In this document: piece by piece, positions 13,607 through 28,619 of the stretch
How positions within the stretch are numbered: the first letter of the stretch is position 1
How the letters are laid out: each line of letters opens with the position of its first letter
Source of the DNA: Octopus vulgaris
Lineage: Eukaryota
Assembly: GCA_951406725.2 (NCBI GenBank)
Contig: OX597819.1
Coordinates: 25,358,001 to 25,422,000, forward strand
Direction of reading: 5' to 3'
DNA: 64,000 bases
Made by a program: the position numbers and the translations under genes
Notes under the pieces: generated by a model
Told to the model about the DNA's origin: nothing
The model's database searches: none
Seen by the model: the letters and a program-made list of their open reading frames with translations, nothing else

Positions 13607-14049
13607 TTACTACTACTACGCTTCGTCTTCGGTTTTGAAAACAAAATGGTTGTCCTTTCTTTACTCCAAGAAGTCATCGGTAGCTCAATAAAGATATTCC
13701 ATTATACATTATTAAGCGAACACGCTGTTAATAAAGAAGTCAGCTTCTAGCAAAGTTTGAATGCTCGATCGGGATTCAATTTCCGGTCGAAAAACATTTT
13801 ATTTTATTTTACTTAACGTACAACACATAGAACTGACAACAAAAAAGAATCACACACCCACACATAAATGTAAATAGAAGGTGAGGGCATGATCTTCACG
13901 GCACAGCGCATTGTTATATTATTAAACTTGACAACTTTGGGGGACAAGTCAAAAGGAATTGATGTTTGTACTGTAACGCTATCTCAGTAATGTTTATAAT
14001 ATTCTCGACCTTAAGGGATCATAATTATTAAATAAAACTGAGCCCTAAT

Positions 14050-14282
14050 ACTTCTACTACAACTACTACTACAACGACCACTACCACTACCACTACGTCA
14101 ACAACGACAACAACGATTAATACTCCTAATGCTACTAGTAAGTGGTGGTAGTACTGCTGCTACTACCACTGCTACCATTACTACTGCTACTAATACTAAC
14201 GCGAAAACCACTATCACTACCACTACCACCACCACCACCATCTTCACTACTACTACTAATACTACTACTGCTGCTGCTGCTG

Positions 14283-14366
<84 letters not shown>

Positions 14367-14573
14367 TTACTACTACTACTATTACTACTACTGCTGCTAA
14401 CAACACCACCGTCACCATCAATGTTACTATTAATACCAAAACCACCACGACTGCAACCTGTACCATCACCACCACGGCCACGACTACATCCACCTCTACA
14501 ACCACCATTACTTTCACCTCTACCACCACCACCACCACCACCACCACCACCACCACCACCACTACTACTACTA

Positions 14574-14619
<46 letters not shown>

Positions 14620-14794
14620 CATTACTGCTGCTGCTGCTGCTGCTAACGACACCACCGTCACCATCACTGTTACTATTAATACCAAAACCACCACGACTGC
14701 AACCTCTACCATCACCACCACGGCCACGACTACATCCACCTCTTCAACCACCACTACTTTCCCCTCTACCACCAACACCACCACCACCATCACC

Positions 14795-14838
<44 letters not shown>

Positions 14839-14864
14839 AACAACTGCTACTGCTTCTGTTACTG

Positions 14865-14933
<69 letters not shown>

Positions 14934-14940
14934 TTATTAA
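14050..14940. repeat. Compound (ACT)/(ACC)/(GCT) microsatellite with an internal ~245-bp duplication
   Basis: Direct read. The segment GCTGCTAAC(A/G)ACACCACCGTCACCATC..ACATCCACCTCT occurs at ~14393 and ~14639. Confidence 0.95.
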
Positions 14941-15805
14941 CTGTAGAAGTAATAAAAATCGAATACTGCATCCACAACCGTCACAGCCTCATCCAATGAC
15001 TACACTATTCAGTATTATAACCACCCAAATATTTGGAGTTCTGTAAGTACAATGTTAGCTTTCAAGAAACACTATATTGCCATTATCGATATTATCACAA
15101 CACTTAACGATCACGATGACTGCCACCACGTCTGTAATAATAACTATTGCTAGCAAAATTATTGCAACTAATCGTCCGCTGTTTCGCAAATGCTAATATT
15201 GATTTCTGCTATTGGAACAAGACGAAACCACTCGAGTCAAGGTACAGTCAGTTAAATCAGAAGCCGTATTTAACTGGCACTTCAATTTTATCGATTCCAG
15301 AAGAATGACACGTACAGCTGGCCTCGGTGGAATTTTGAACTCAGAACATAAAGAGATGTAGCTGGATATTTGAAGCGATTAGGTCGGATACTTGGACGAT
15401 TCGACCGGTTCGGCCAAATCGCCGTCTTTTCCATCACAAATTCTGATTTATTTTGCCATTCTTGGACCAGGGGCACCATCGAGACATGCGGAGAGTCTTG
15501 AACATGTTTTAACCTTGTGGGAGACGGTTTTTTTTTCCATTTCTGACCACCACCGATTGCTTCCAGAAGAGAGAATAAGAAACAAACAGGACAAGAAGAA
15601 AAGAGTGAGAGACAGAATAATCGATCTTAATATAGGTCCGGTACGTTTTTCATCGATCTCCCAAAGGATGAAATGCAATGTTGACCTCGACGGGTTTTGA
15701 ACTAGCATAACACACAAAAGGGTAACGATTGCACATAGCTTGCGTTCCAGCGACTCTGACAATCGGCAGTCTTATATGTTATAATCGCTCATATTGTGCC
15801 ATCGT

Positions 15806-15990
15806 AAGGTAGCGAGGTGGCAGAATAGTTAGCACGACGGACAAAATGCTTAGCGGCATTTCGTCTGTCTTTCCGTTCTGAGTTCAAATCCTGCCGAGGT
15901 CAAATTTATCGTTCATCCTTTCGGAGTCGATAAAATGAGTACCAGTTGAGCACTGGGGTCGATGTAATCGACTTATTCCCTACCCTGAAA
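15806..15990 (+). mobile_element. tRNA-derived SINE, family C (truncated tail)
   Basis: TGGCAGAATAGTTAGC..GAGTTCAAATCC head and TTCATCCTTTCGGAGTCGATAAAATGAGTACC core. Confidence 0.85.
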
Positions 15991-16020
15991 TCCAATATAA
16001 TATCACAAATACTGCTATCG

Positions 16021-16099
<79 letters not shown>

Positions 16100-16568
16100 C
16101 ACCACCACCACCACCACCACCACCACCACCACCACCACCACCTATGAAATTCATTTTGAGTTAGGTATCCTCACAGTATATTCTGTTTTAATACATAAAC
16201 AACATATCTCATTGAATCTTTGTTCCAAACAAGTGATGAAGTAGTTTTTTGTTACTGATGAATAAAGATATAGAAGTAGATACCCAATGAACCGCATATA
16301 TGCGCATACAAATATACACACATACTCACAGTACACACATTACTCATACTGCGTATTTGTATACAGGCATATATATATATATAAAGATATGAATATATAT
16401 GTATATATATATATATAAATATATAAGTAGTTGAATGAATTGTCCTAGTATGGATAATTCGGTTAACCGATACCTGGGTAGCAAATTCATGTCAGAAAAC
16501 ACGGTTGAAGCTACATGCCAAGGGCAGAGATCATGTGCTTTCGTGTGGAAATTTGTGTGTTTTTTTAC

Positions 16569-16915
16569 TATAAATAAATGAAAGAATGGAGTTGAACGAC
16601 GATTTAACAAAATTCCTTTATTCTCGACATATGTTTCGAAGACTGCATATTCCTAATTCCGAAGTAATAAGGGGTGCATTATGCCGCCTTCTCATCAGGA
16701 AAGACAAGGAACTTATGTCAGCATCATGGGCAGTCATCTAAAAATTTTTGTTCGTCATGATGCTGACATAAGTTCCTTGTCTTTCCTGATGAGAAGGCGG
16801 CATAATGCACTCCTTATTCCTTTGGAATTAGGAATATGCAGTCTTCGAAACATACGTCGAGAATAAAAGAATTTTGTTAAATCATCGTTCAACTCCATTC
16901 TTTCATTTATTTATA
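16569..16915. mobile_element. Inverted pair of Penelope-like pseudo-LTRs forming a palindrome
   Basis: Arms 16569-16728 and 16756-16915 are near-perfect reverse complements with a 27-nt spacer. Each arm contains a hammerhead motif. Confidence 0.8.
16780..16863 (+). ncRNA. Type I hammerhead ribozyme with extended stem II (mirror copy on the minus strand at ~16621-16704)
   Basis: CUGAUGA at 16786-16792, stem II GAAGGCGGCAUA..UAUGCAGUCUUC, GAAA at 16847-16850, short stem III CAUACG (CAUAUG in the mirror copy), then UC cleavage site and stem I UUUC/GAGA. Confidence 0.75.
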
Positions 16916-16948
16916 TATAAATATATATATAACTATATGTATATATAT

Positions 16949-17006
<58 letters not shown>

Positions 17007-17081
17007 ATGTATTTATATATATATATGAATATATGTATATTTATATATATATATATATATGTATGTATATAAATATATATA

Positions 17082-17830
17082 CAGGGTGCAGTGAATATAT
17101 TGTCATCGAAATGATATAAAAATGGAAATAACACTGACATCCCATTTTAATAGGTATATTAACCGAAATTGCATAAAAATATCTTGAAATACTAAAGATT
17201 AAATTTATTCACTAAAATCGCTATTGGCTTCAACCACCGTCTCCAGAAAACTTCGGAATCTCCTGCAACTCTCCCGGATCGTCTCCTCATATACGTTGAT
17301 GAATACTGCCATAATCCATGCCTTCTTTGGTGCAGCAAGGTGTTTTGTTACCCCTCACCCAACTGTCCCCTGTACATAATAATCTGGGGAGTTAGGTGTC
17401 CAGATGTTAGGAGTGATGTGGTTGCAGAAATTGTCTGACAGTCATAACTGCGTTCTTCTGCTTGTGAGGCATGGTACAGTGTCCTGTTGCCAGACATGAT
17501 GTACAGCAGTACTACCTCCTCCAGTCACTTGATGTAGGCCTCCGTGTTGAACCTGAGGCCGTGTGGGAGCATAAATGGAGTCATAATGTCGCCATTACTA
17601 GAGATCACTCCAAACACCATAATGTTGACTGGATGTTTGATTTTTATCAGAGTACATTTCCTCAGATTGACATTGAAACCCTTTGAAATGTTTGTATTGT
17701 AGGTTCCAGCGCGAATGCCAAGCAGTAAAGAATGTTTCCAAATTTCTGGCTGAGCGAATTGTGTCATAGTACAGTTTTTCTCAGAGACGGTGCCCAACTG
17801 ACACTACCATAGTGTGTAGTCGATAAAATC
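17082..17830 (-). mobile_element. Degraded Tc1/mariner-superfamily (maT/DD37D-like) transposon
   Basis: TA|CAGGGTG terminus. Minus-strand KHPVNIMVFGVISSNGDIMTPF..GLRFNTEAYIK and VWQQDTVPCLTSRRTQ..NIWTPNSPDY. Confidence 0.8.
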
Positions 17831-17866
17831 AAAAGCAAAGCACATGCGCGGAAATAAAAATATAAA

Positions 17867-17908
<42 letters not shown>

Positions 17909-17909
17909 A

Positions 17910-19670
17910 TGACATCCCGTTTTGGCGCGAATTCTGCTCTACTGGTCATTCTTTACAACACCTGTCTGTGTTCGTATTGCCCTTGCACAGGGCCCATCCG
18001 GGCTCCTGTCTTCGCCGTGAACAAGGATTAATCTTCTCTCTTCGCTACTTTGTGCCATATGAACTCAACTCGCCTCCCCTCTTCAATTAACCCTCCTCTC
18101 TCCTCTCTTCTTCTTACACCTACTTTCTCCCACCCACCTCTCCTCTTTTACTCTGACACCTACTTCCCCTCTTCACGGCTACCCACTTTCTCCCTTCTAC
18201 CTGCTCCCTTCAACATCACCAATCCCTCGCTATCCAATCCCTACACATTCCAACCCACCATCCCTATACATCCCATCTCCCATGCCTTACACCTCAACCT
18301 TGCTTCCCCGACACCCCCACACCCCCACACCACGCCACCACACCACCATACCCCACCACACCACATCACACCACCCCACATCACACCACCCCGCGCACAA
18401 TAGCACTGACCAGTTCCCAGCACCTACACGAGCGCACACTTGCACTGACCACTTCCCAGCACCCACACTATCATCCATACACCTACACATGCACACACGC
18501 GCGCGTGAAGTTCACCAACCCCCTTCCACACGCGCATATACGCTCTCACACACACACGCCTGCGCACGACTTTATTATCTCCCCATCCTAGCTCTCCTGT
18601 GTGACACCCCTGTCCGGCATTCGTCATGATAGATCTCTAGACACTAACCTCTTATATTCTCTCTCCCTATTTATTTCTGTGTTTCTTTCTGTCGAAGAGC
18701 GCAGGCTCGAAACGTAAAGGACTTTCTACCTTTTACGAGCATTAAACTAATACATCTGTTTGTTGTTTATACACCCGTCATCGTCTTTTTTTTTGTTGTA
18801 AATTCTCACTATATATACAATGTATATATGCATATATATATATATATATGTATATATATACGTTCCATAGATCGTGATCTGCTCTCTCCGCCCGTACCCT
18901 CCACATGGGCTCAACTCTCCTCGTCTCTTCATCTAACCCTCCTCCTTTCTCCTCTATTTCTCTCAAACCTACTTCCTCCCACACACCTCTCCTCTCTTGC
19001 TCTGACACCTACTTCCTCTCTTCACTCCTACCCACCTTCTCGCTTCCACCCCCTCCCTTCATCGTCACCCCACCCTCGTTACCTACCCCTACTCATTCCA
19101 AACCCACCATCTCTATACATCTCATCCCCCATCCCTTAGACCTCACCCTTGTTTCCCTCACTCTGGCCTCCCCTAATCCCCAACACCACCATACTACACA
19201 CCACCACCCACACCACATCACCCGTACACATTAACACTGAACACTTCCCAGCACCCACACCAGCGCAAACACACTACTACTAACCACTTCTCAGCGCCTT
19301 CACCATTATCCATATACCTACACCTGCACACACGCATACGTTAGTGTCACTAACCTCTCTCCACACGCACATACACACTCTTACATATACACGCACGCGC
19401 ACCTTCGTTTTGGGATCACCACTACTCTATTATCACCCCTTCTTCCTAGCTCTCCTGTGTGACTCCTCTGTCCGGCATTTACTAGCCACTAAACCTTTTT
19501 CTATTTTTTTCTCCCTGTTTATTCTGTGTTCCTTTCTGTCGAATAATGAAGGCTCGAAACGTAAAAGGCTTTCTCAATTCCTGAGCGTTAAACTTATACA
19601 TTTGTTTGTTGTTTACACACCCGTCTTCGCCTTTTATTCTATTTTTTTTGTAAATTCTCACCATGGAAAT
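17910..19670 (+). mobile_element. Two tandem 3' ends of Penelope-like elements (GIY-YIG C-terminus, C-rich UTR, pseudo-LTR)
   Basis: 17910-18090 encodes STGHSLQHLSVF..RREQGLIFSLR..PYELNS, typical of the PLE endonuclease end. A second unit starts ~18870 (..PHGLNSP..). Both end in homologous pLTRs with a hammerhead-like GAAACGTA motif at ~18691-18722 and ~19538-19570. Confidence 0.8.
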
Positions 19671-19912
19671 ATATATATATATATATATATTGATTAGTTC
19701 ATATACATATATATCTATGTACAATGATACGTGTACTTGTACACACAGTGAAATCTGAGACCCATGCGTAAAGCTCATGAAAAAATTTATATAACTGGTC
19801 AATTTTTTCTAAAATAATATATTGTTTTGACGATGGAAAGGAAATAAGTTCCAAAACAATTCTTGTACTGGTGTCTACACACACATACACACGTACACAC
19901 ACACAGAAGTTG

Positions 19913-19944
<32 letters not shown>

Positions 19945-20084
19945 CACACACATTAATATGTACATACTTATATGCATTCATACAAAAGCTCTCTCCCTCT
20001 TTCACACACATCTATATTTATATGTTTGTGTGTACGTGTGTGTGTGTCTGAATGTCTGTGTGTGTATGTTAGGATGTAAAAACA

Positions 20085-20739
20085 TTATTACCTCCGGCAA
20101 GGAAGGATGTTATGTTTTCATCGGCGTTGGTTTGTCCGTTTGTCCGTCTGTTCGTCTGTGTGCAAAATAACTCAAAAAGTTGTAAACGGTATATGATGAA
20201 ACTTGCAGGAAAAGTCGATAAGGACACAAGTAAGAGATGATAAAATGATGGTAGTGATCCGGGAATTTGTATGGATTCTCGAAGGATTTTTCATTTGTTA
20301 TATTTACTTTACATGAAGTATTACAATGTTACGTTCTTTGATTATCTCCCTTGAAAAATGTTCATCGTTTCCACGTAACCTATGGTGGCGTTGCTGTTGC
20401 CAAAGTTTATTTTCGTTTCTGTATTAGTAATTTTGCTCGCGTTGTGTGTGTATCACTCAAGTTTTAGGTAATTGTTGTTTCTTTTTAGTTGTATGGTGAA
20501 ACTAGCTTGCTGTTGTCATTGATGTATTATAACTGCCTCAGATGATTCCTGTTTTTAAAGGTTTTTTTTTAAAAAAAAACCATATGGCTGTGTTATTTTT
20601 TTAAAAATCCCGGCAAGGGGGGGAGGTTATGTTTTTGTCGGTGTTGGTTTGGGAAATTGGGCGATTTTCAGCTTGCGTGTATATGGGTGGAAATGAGCTG
20701 CTTGGCGGAGGTCTACGCTCTCCGAGTGCTTTTCTAGTT
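20085..20739 (+). mobile_element. Non-autonomous Helentron/Helitron-type element (HINE-like)
   Basis: Sub-terminal inverted repeats ACCTCCGGCAAG and CTTGGCGGAGGT, GTCC/GTCT-type repeats near the 5' end, 3' hairpin CGCTCTCCGAGTG, then CTAGTT. Confidence 0.75.
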
Positions 20740-20865
20740 AATTTTAAAATTATAAATATGATTACCTTCTATCCCAGAGTATTTCAGTTATATCTCATCA
20801 TCTGAATAGTTTTCGAGTATAAACTCGAGGAAGAATTGCACAGCAATTAAACTTTACTTACACAA

Positions 20866-21530
<665 letters not shown>

Positions 21531-21989
21531 AAAAACATAAACATTGATTTATAAAATTTCCAACTGACATAAAAATGCCTCAGTAGACATGGTGAGAATA
21601 CAAGTCAAATATCAAAATATTGCATAACTTTACTGCTAAACGAATGTATAATTATATATTGATTTATGCTGAAATCAATATATGTAAAGAGCTCTTCGCT
21701 GTCTTTCTAACTGCTTCCTAAAATACCTCTCTACCTACCAACCGGCAGAAATTTATTAATTTACATACTTACCTACATATTTACTTCTGTTATCATCTGC
21801 ATACCTACGTGCCTACATTCTTAAAAGTGTGCGTAGATGTGCATGTGTGTATGTGTGTGTACATACGGTTAAACATACATATATATGTATGCATCAATAG
21901 ATAAACATGTATATATATAAATGTATGCACACACCTATCTATCTATCTATATATATATCTGCAAACAAATGTGGTAACATATAACAATA

Positions 21990-22352
21990 TTGACCAAGGT
22001 TACCGTGGTCTTTTTCGTAGGCTTTTCTTCCCACGGATAAACCTTACTTGCTTTCCCCTTTACATCATACATCATGACACTGTGATACACGATCCCTATT
22101 GATCGTTTTTTTCCTCTTCCCCTTTTTTTTTCCTCTTTTTTCTTCTTTTTTCATTTTTCTTTTCTTTTGTTCCTTTTCCCTTTTTTCTTTTTTTCTTTTC
22201 CCTTTTCCTTTTTTTTTACCATTTTACGATCCCTTTTGATCGAAAACCTACGCCACCTATTTTTTAAATTTTTTTTCTTTCATCCCCCAAAAGAAAAGCT
22301 CTACCTTGTAACTTGTCCCATCTGTGTGCAGCCCTGTGTGGCCAATAAAGAA
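21990..22352 (+). mobile_element. 3' UTR/tail of a Tx1/L1-like LINE family
   Basis: T-rich UTR ending CCCTGTGTGGCCAATAAAGAAAC, similar to the tail at ~46880. Confidence 0.6.
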
Positions 22353-23760
22353 ACTTATCTATCTCACGTTCTCTCTCTCTCTCTCTCTATGTGCGTGCGT
22401 GTGTGTGTGTATGTAGGCGCGTGTGTATTTATTTATGAATTGATGTACGTATGCTTTCTCTTCTTAACTCTTTCAGTGTTTATTCTGACTGGTCACCTGC
22501 TTGAAGCGAAGATTGGAAAAGGAAATCTTATTTAAAACTGGTTTATTGTTTTCTTCCTTATCGTTGCACAACTATTCATCCATTACATTTTACTAAGATC
22601 CTGTAGATATTTTTAGTGAGATCTTACAGGATTTTTTAATAATTTTGTAGATTATTATATAGTGTGATCATCACTACATTATGCAAGTACGTTCTTTCTC
22701 TACGAAGCATGTTGAGCCATTTTTGATACAAACGAATCAATACATTTTCTGTCACAATAATAAAGTTGAAATTACAGTTTGAGTTCTTGATTTGCAAACT
22801 CTTCACCAATGGTCAGCAGATGTCTTTTTTCCTCCCTCTATTATTTCTCATCGCATTGATATCAAGTGTGAGCTTCCACGGAGAGCAAATATATATTTTA
22901 TGGTCCTAATAAACAATATCAGGTCGATTGTATCTTAATCTTATTGGTACTTTTACTTCCTAGATTCGGCCAATATTATTTTGTCCCTGTATTTCAATAT
23001 GTACAACTTTATTTGTTACTATTTTATTCTTTCTAGTTCTTTTCTAAGGTTGCCCTGGTTACAAATTAAGCATTTCGGTAAGCATCTATATAACATTCTG
23101 TTACAGCTGTCAATGATCTCGCTAATGTCTTTGGTTCAAGTTTTGCATAACCTACATTAATCTTCAACTCATAATATAATTTATGTCGGAGATGCATATT
23201 TCTGGTCTGTCGTACTCTCCAATGTGAGCTGTGGTTACCCATGCCAGACTTTTAGTGTGGTTTATTCTCTCAATAGCCGTTCCTCTTAAACAACACCAAG
23301 TAACAAAGCGATTTATCTAAAATATAGCTTCGAGATTTTAGTTCCAAATTCTTTATCAGGAACAGATAAAATCAGAGATCGTCAACATGCACTGAGTGAA
23401 CTTTTCTCTAAAATTTATAACATTGAAATAAAATTGATTTGACTGGTTTTAAAATTTCACCAACGGAAGATAACTGGTCTTATAGACACCTGTTACGCTA
23501 CCTAAAACTATATCATTTATGCACACAGATGTTTTGTTATGCGAGTGTTTGTTCAAATGCAGTGATCAAATGAACATAAAAAAAAAATTCGTTCTTTATG
23601 AAAGTTCTTCATTCCAAATGCATTTCAAGAAACCATTACAAAAGGGCTTGACTGTAAATATGCAAAAAGCAAATTGGAAATCAGTGCCTAAAACTTAAAT
23701 AAAATAGACAACTTTCAATTATAAAGCAAATTATTTTTTCATAAAGCACACTAATTGTAT

Positions 23761-24417
<657 letters not shown>

Positions 24418-24756
24418 AGAAATTCGGGGTGAGTACTTGATAATTATAAGCACCTGTGTATACCGTTTGGTGGTGTAGGTGGTGGAGTAAATTGATCAAA
24501 ATAAAAACATGATGCCAAGGATTCAGCGGTACATATGTTTCGGGCCTTTATTAGACAGATTTATAACAATGCATAATGTATGTCTGTGGCCTTCTTCAGC
24601 CGCGCACAACAGCTTCCACAAGGACATGTGTTACATCAAAAATTCTTGGTTGGGGATGCAAATCCTCTCATTCGCGTACGACATAATGCGGCAACAGCAT
24701 AGAATTGAAGCGTCCATCTCTTTCTTCTCTCAATGTGGCCATGTTTTTATTTTGAT

Positions 24757-24819
<63 letters not shown>

Positions 24820-24846
24820 CATATATATATACATATATATATATTT

Positions 24847-24897
<51 letters not shown>

Positions 24898-24911
24898 TAC
24901 ATATATATATG

Positions 24912-24929
<18 letters not shown>

Positions 24930-24946
<17 letters not shown>

Positions 24947-25150
24947 AAATGTACGTGTGTCTGTGTTTGTCCCCCTAGCATTGCTTGGCAACCGATGCGA
25001 GTGTGATTACGTCCCCGTAACTTAGCGGTTCGGCAAAAGACCGATAGAATAAGTACTAAGCTTACAAAGAATAAGTCTTGGATTCGATTTTCTCGACTAA
25101 ATGTGGTGCTCCAGCATGGCCGCAGTCATATGACTTAAACAAGTAAAGAG
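24930..25150 (+). mobile_element. SINE family A, 3' half
   Basis: Homology to 1770-1970. Confidence 0.88.
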
Positions 25151-25235
25151 AGATATACATCCACTGCCTAGTTTTCCATCTTCGATCGCATTGTTACTTC
25201 TATTAGACTTATTCGGATACAAAACGTCATAACAA

Positions 25236-25324
<89 letters not shown>

Positions 25325-25325
<1 letters not shown>

Positions 25326-25626
25326 ATTTCTTTATTCACCATAAGGTTGAGAAAAAGAGGGGACAAAACAAACGTTGGGGTCAGGGTATCGAATGAGACG
25401 AAACATATGAATAAACAAACAATTAAAATATATACAATTAAATGAGAATGAGTGATTTACAAAAAATGAAGCGGAGGACGCGGTTGACCCCACAAACCAC
25501 ACACTCACACTGAAGACTTTGCTTTCTCCTTTTTCACATTCTTGATTAAACAGGTTCTTTCACACGCAACATACTTGCTATAGACTTCCATCTTTTACGA
25601 AACACACTTTGCATCAGGCATTTCTT

Positions 25627-25628
<2 letters not shown>
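25325..25628 (-). mobile_element. 5'-truncated Tx1/L1-like LINE end inside an (AG)n tract
   Basis: Minus-strand [21 protein letters not shown] (ORF2 C-terminus type F..RW) and tail ..ATGGTGAATAAAGAAAT. (AG)n on both sides. Confidence 0.65.
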
Positions 25629-25712
<84 letters not shown>

Positions 25713-26477
25713 AAGAGAGAGAAAGGGAGAGCGTTAGTTGCATAAAGAACAAGATATATGTATGTATATGTGTGCGGAAAAGTAATGAGTTTGCTAGGTA
25801 CTATTCTTATGTTTGCGCGCTGTATACAGACATACATACATAAACGCATAAACACTATCTCACAAATGCAAGCTACACTGGAATGCATTAGGTAAATATA
25901 TTCTACTTTTTTGCGGGAACGATGTCCACCTTATTTCATTTTTGGCGATTGCTCTTAAATCTGCTCTTGGAATTTGAGCACAGGCTCCAAATTTTTTTTA
26001 GAAAAGCATTTAAAATTTTAGCAATATGGTGCATGTGAAACGCACATATACAAGCTGTAATGAAAGGGTACAAAGCTAGAAAAATATCTTTAGCTGTTTT
26101 ATGCTAATTAGAAACTCTTTTCACGGGTAATTAAGTAATACAATGGATTTATATTTATGAAAATTAGACGTAGTTTTTAAACAATTATTGGAAATTGGAA
26201 TATTCTTATAATAGAAATTTGTCGTAATATCTTGCCACGAAAATACCCCAGTAAAACAAATGAGATATCATTGCAAGGATACAAATAAGTGGATTATCTC
26301 TTTATTTTTGGAATTCATGCATCATTCAGACAGCATATTCTGTCAGTTTTGTAGTAATTTCAACGTGTAAAACTATAGAATAAGCATAAAACAATGTTGG
26401 CCCAACATGTGCACTGCTAAAAGATTAAATTTCTTTCTTTTGGCCACCGAGCCTGTTCCTTTCTGCTTTATTTCCCA

Positions 26478-26876
26478 CTAGCAGTATCGCCCGGCGTTGC
26501 TCGGGTTTGTAAGGGAAATAACTATATAAGCATTTCTAGAGAGTTATAGCCAAAAAATAGCAAAAAAATGCATTAAAAATAGAAAAAATGATGGTAAATT
26601 TTTTAAAAAATCGTTGACTCATCGTAGACATTTTTAGAGAGTTACTTCCCTTATATAATAGCGAAAAAATGCATTAAAATGAAAAAAAAATGATGGTAAT
26701 TTTTTTTTAAATCGTAGACTCATCGTAGACGCGCGCTAATACCCAGAAGGGCTCGATATGAATCACGACTATAAGATACCCGGTTTTGGTTAAACTGCAC
26801 CGCAAAATGTGGGAGTAGTTAGGAATCTAAATCGTAGGAGACAGACAGCACACAACCTTACTTTTATATATAAAGA
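26478..26876 (-). mobile_element. Non-autonomous Helitron
   Basis: Minus strand starts TCTTTATATATAAAAG and ends with hairpin CCCGAGCAACGCCGGG plus CTAG. Inserted between A and T with no TSD; internal ~70-100-bp duplication. Confidence 0.9.
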
Positions 26877-27511
26877 TTAGGCTACAGCTATAGTCTTCCA
26901 TTTAATCTGCATCCCACTGTCCTGGTGTCATTTATGCTCCGAGGTTTTGTCTCTTTGACCAAAACTCAGCTTTTTTTGTGAAAACGGGTGGAAGTCAACT
27001 TTGTGGGTTTTCGCAAGCAACTCATCACTTGGATTCCCTCTTGTTGCAGTTCAATAATTATAAATGAATAAAAAAATTTGAAATGTAATTTTACTACCAT
27101 GAAAACATATTGTAGAATACGAAAAAAAAGAGCAATTTCGCATTTCTGATCTATAGCGCTAGTTAACTACTGAAGTAGACATAAATTGATGTCCTATTTA
27201 GAATCACATCACACCATAAAAAAAGAAACAAAATTTTGCAGACTAGAGTACTATGTGTGCGCGCACGCACACACAGAATATACTTACACACATACACGCG
27301 CGCGTACATATATGTATTTGTATGCCTGTACACACATATATTATGAATATATATGCGTATATCTATATATATATATATGGATATATACATCGATACAAAC
27401 ATACACATATGCATAATTATGTATGTGCGTATATATATATATATATATAGGAATGTGCGAGTGCAGGTGTGTATATATGTATACATGCATACATATATGT
27501 ACACAGATTCA

Positions 27512-27551
<40 letters not shown>

Positions 27552-28274
27552 AACATAAGGATATATGTATACGTGTGTATGTGTGTCTATTTCCTATCTG
27601 TCTACTTTCTGTTAGATTATTAATGCTAAATGTTGTTTCTTTCCCTTACATATCTATGAATCTTTCCTGTAGGTCGTTTTGTAATTGCTTATACACATAC
27701 GCGCGCGCTCATACAGACGGACACTTGAATATAGTGGACCATTTCATTTTGTTTTTCTTCTATTATCAGGAAACATCATTTGCTTAGTTGCTTAGTTACG
27801 GAACTGTTTACGTCATTTCACACACACACACACACACACACACATACGCAAACACACAGACAAGTACACACACACACGCACACACACACACACACACTAA
27901 TCAGCCAAGTTTATCTGCGCTTATATAATTTCGTTTTTTTTCCCTTCGTAAGTTTTTTTTCCGTAGGAGTTGTGCAAGTATGTATATTTACAAATATACA
28001 CTGGTGTCGATATTTATGTAGTTAGCGAATGTATGTATGTCTGTCCATATTTCTTTTCCTATAAACGTAGATAAAGATGCGTATGCATGAACGTTTATGA
28101 ATCTGTTTACCTTGTGTACATTCTTGACAATCTACCCAGCCTCTTTCTTTTTTTTCCACATTTGTCTGTTTTCTTGTAGTAGACCCTTTAATTGTTTTCG
28201 CCATATATTGAAATTAGTAATCTTACACATGTATAGTAACTTCCGTTTATTTCTAAATATTTTTGATCATATAT

Positions 28275-28577
28275 TGTTGTTTGTTCTTTCTCGAGCCACG
28301 CTTGGCTCATAGGGTCGGTTTCCCGGTTTCCTTGGTGTATAGGTTCCCCACCTAGACGGGACGCCTGTCCCTTGCAGGTGAGCTGCAGGATGCAGGAGGA
28401 AAGCGTGAGAAAGTTGTGGTGAAAGAGTCAGCAGAATTTCGCCATTACCTTCTGCCGGAGCCGCGTGGAGCTTAGGTGTTTCGCTCATAAACACACACAT
28501 CACTCGGTCTGAGATTCGAACCCGCGATCTCTCAACCGCGAGTCCGCTGCTCTAACCACTAGGCCATGTGCCTCTAC
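28275..28577 (-). mobile_element. tRNA-derived SINE with B-type body and D-type tail, 12-bp TSD
   Basis: GCAGCGGACTCGCGG..GAGCGAAACACCTAAGCTCC as in family B; GAAACCGGGAAACCG..ATGAGCC tail as in family D. TSD TTGATCATATAT at 28263-28274 and 28578-28589. Confidence 0.9.
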
Positions 28578-28619
28578 TTGATCATATATACTTGTGTGTA
28601 ACTTCATACCATACAGGGT

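Noticed and set aside
14098-15046. 305-aa Thr-rich, mucin-like ORF and overlapping poly-V/poly-L ORFs
   Set aside because: They are trinucleotide microsatellite, open in several frames on both strands, with no signal peptide or splice evidence.
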